Shown here in pieces: positions 63,481 through 64,000 of a stretch of 64,000 nucleotides of DNA. Position 1 is the first letter of the stretch, and each line of letters starts with the position of its first letter. The position numbers and the translations under genes are program-made. Below the pieces are notes generated by a model. The model worked only from the letters and a program-made list of their open reading frames with translations. It was not told the origin of the DNA and did no database searches. The stretch is from Dendrobates tinctorius (lineage: Eukaryota), in NCBI RefSeq assembly GCF_039654945.1, contig NW_027361696.1, positions 84,196,001 to 84,260,000 of the forward strand, given 5' to 3'.

Positions 63481-64000
63481 TGCTACATCCACACTGTAAA
63501 TCCTGACCCCACACATACTTACCTCAACCAGCACCATGACAACAGCAAAGCAGAGTCTTGCAGTCGCAGACGGTAGAGGCAAGGCTGAGCGCACAGGACC
63601 TGTGATGAGGTCACAGGAGGGGCGGAGTCAGGGGTGACATGATCGGGGGTCTGGACAAAGGCTCCTGATCATGTGACCCCCTGACTCCTCCCCTCCTGTG
63701 ACCTCATCACAGGTCCTGCGAACAGAGCGAGCAGGCAAGCGAGTGCGACGCTGTGAGTGGCTGCGGGGGGGAGGGGGTCTCATGCTAAGGCGAGGGCGTG
63801 GCGGCTTATCTCCCTGCAGTGCCGGAGGAACTTGGAAACTATCACCGCCGTGCTGCAGAGGGCCGGCGGCAGGAGCAACAGTGGCCGCAGCAGCTGGCAA
63901 GCGGCCAGATGATCGGGCACTGCCGCCCGCGGCCCAGGTGTCAGCGGCCCAGCGGGAAAATGCCCGGTTGGTTATATTGCCAATCCGGGCCTGAGCAGCA

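Larger units (their letters stand above)
61402..63993. mobile_element. hAT-type non-autonomous element (2.6 kb) containing simple and tandem repeats
   Basis: TIRs CAGGGCCGGACTGG and CCAATCCGGGCCTG. TSD AGCAGCAC at 61394-61401, matched by AGCAGCA at 63994-64000 (cut by the window end). Confidence 0.8.

Noticed and set aside
62236-63594. Overlapping 230-416-aa ORFs on both strands
   Set aside because: They come from a ~30-bp tandem repeat inside a non-autonomous hAT element.

Overview
This is eukaryotic, repeat-rich vertebrate DNA, and the TE repertoire suggests an anuran amphibian (inference). The window holds the 5' part of a minus-strand gene for mitochondrial branched-chain aminotransferase (BCAT2). 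Seven coding exons were reconstructed by hand: 42789-42821, 21987-22064, 21310-21510, 20612-20722, 9939-10058, 8453-8616 and 8209-8351, the last ending at a GC donor. The remaining exons were not found and probably lie left of the window. The introns are filled with nested transposons: a degenerate full-length DIRS element carrying a solo LTR, a second solo LTR, a piggyBac-type non-autonomous element inside an L1/Tx1 fragment inside a Harbinger-type element, many Harbinger and Kolobok MITEs, and Penelope-like inverted-repeat elements. There are hammerhead ribozymes: one canonical, in a retrozyme-like ~300-nt unit on the BCAT2 sense strand, one U3-A8 variant, and two degenerate remnants. Upstream of the ATG exon lies a ~300-copy 41-bp satellite split by a decayed Gypsy element that carries a hATm-like insertion. 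Beyond it is a TATA/CCAAT promoter facing BCAT2, so the satellite may fill a 5'-UTR intron. Nearly all ORFs in the supplied track are spurious or TE-derived.
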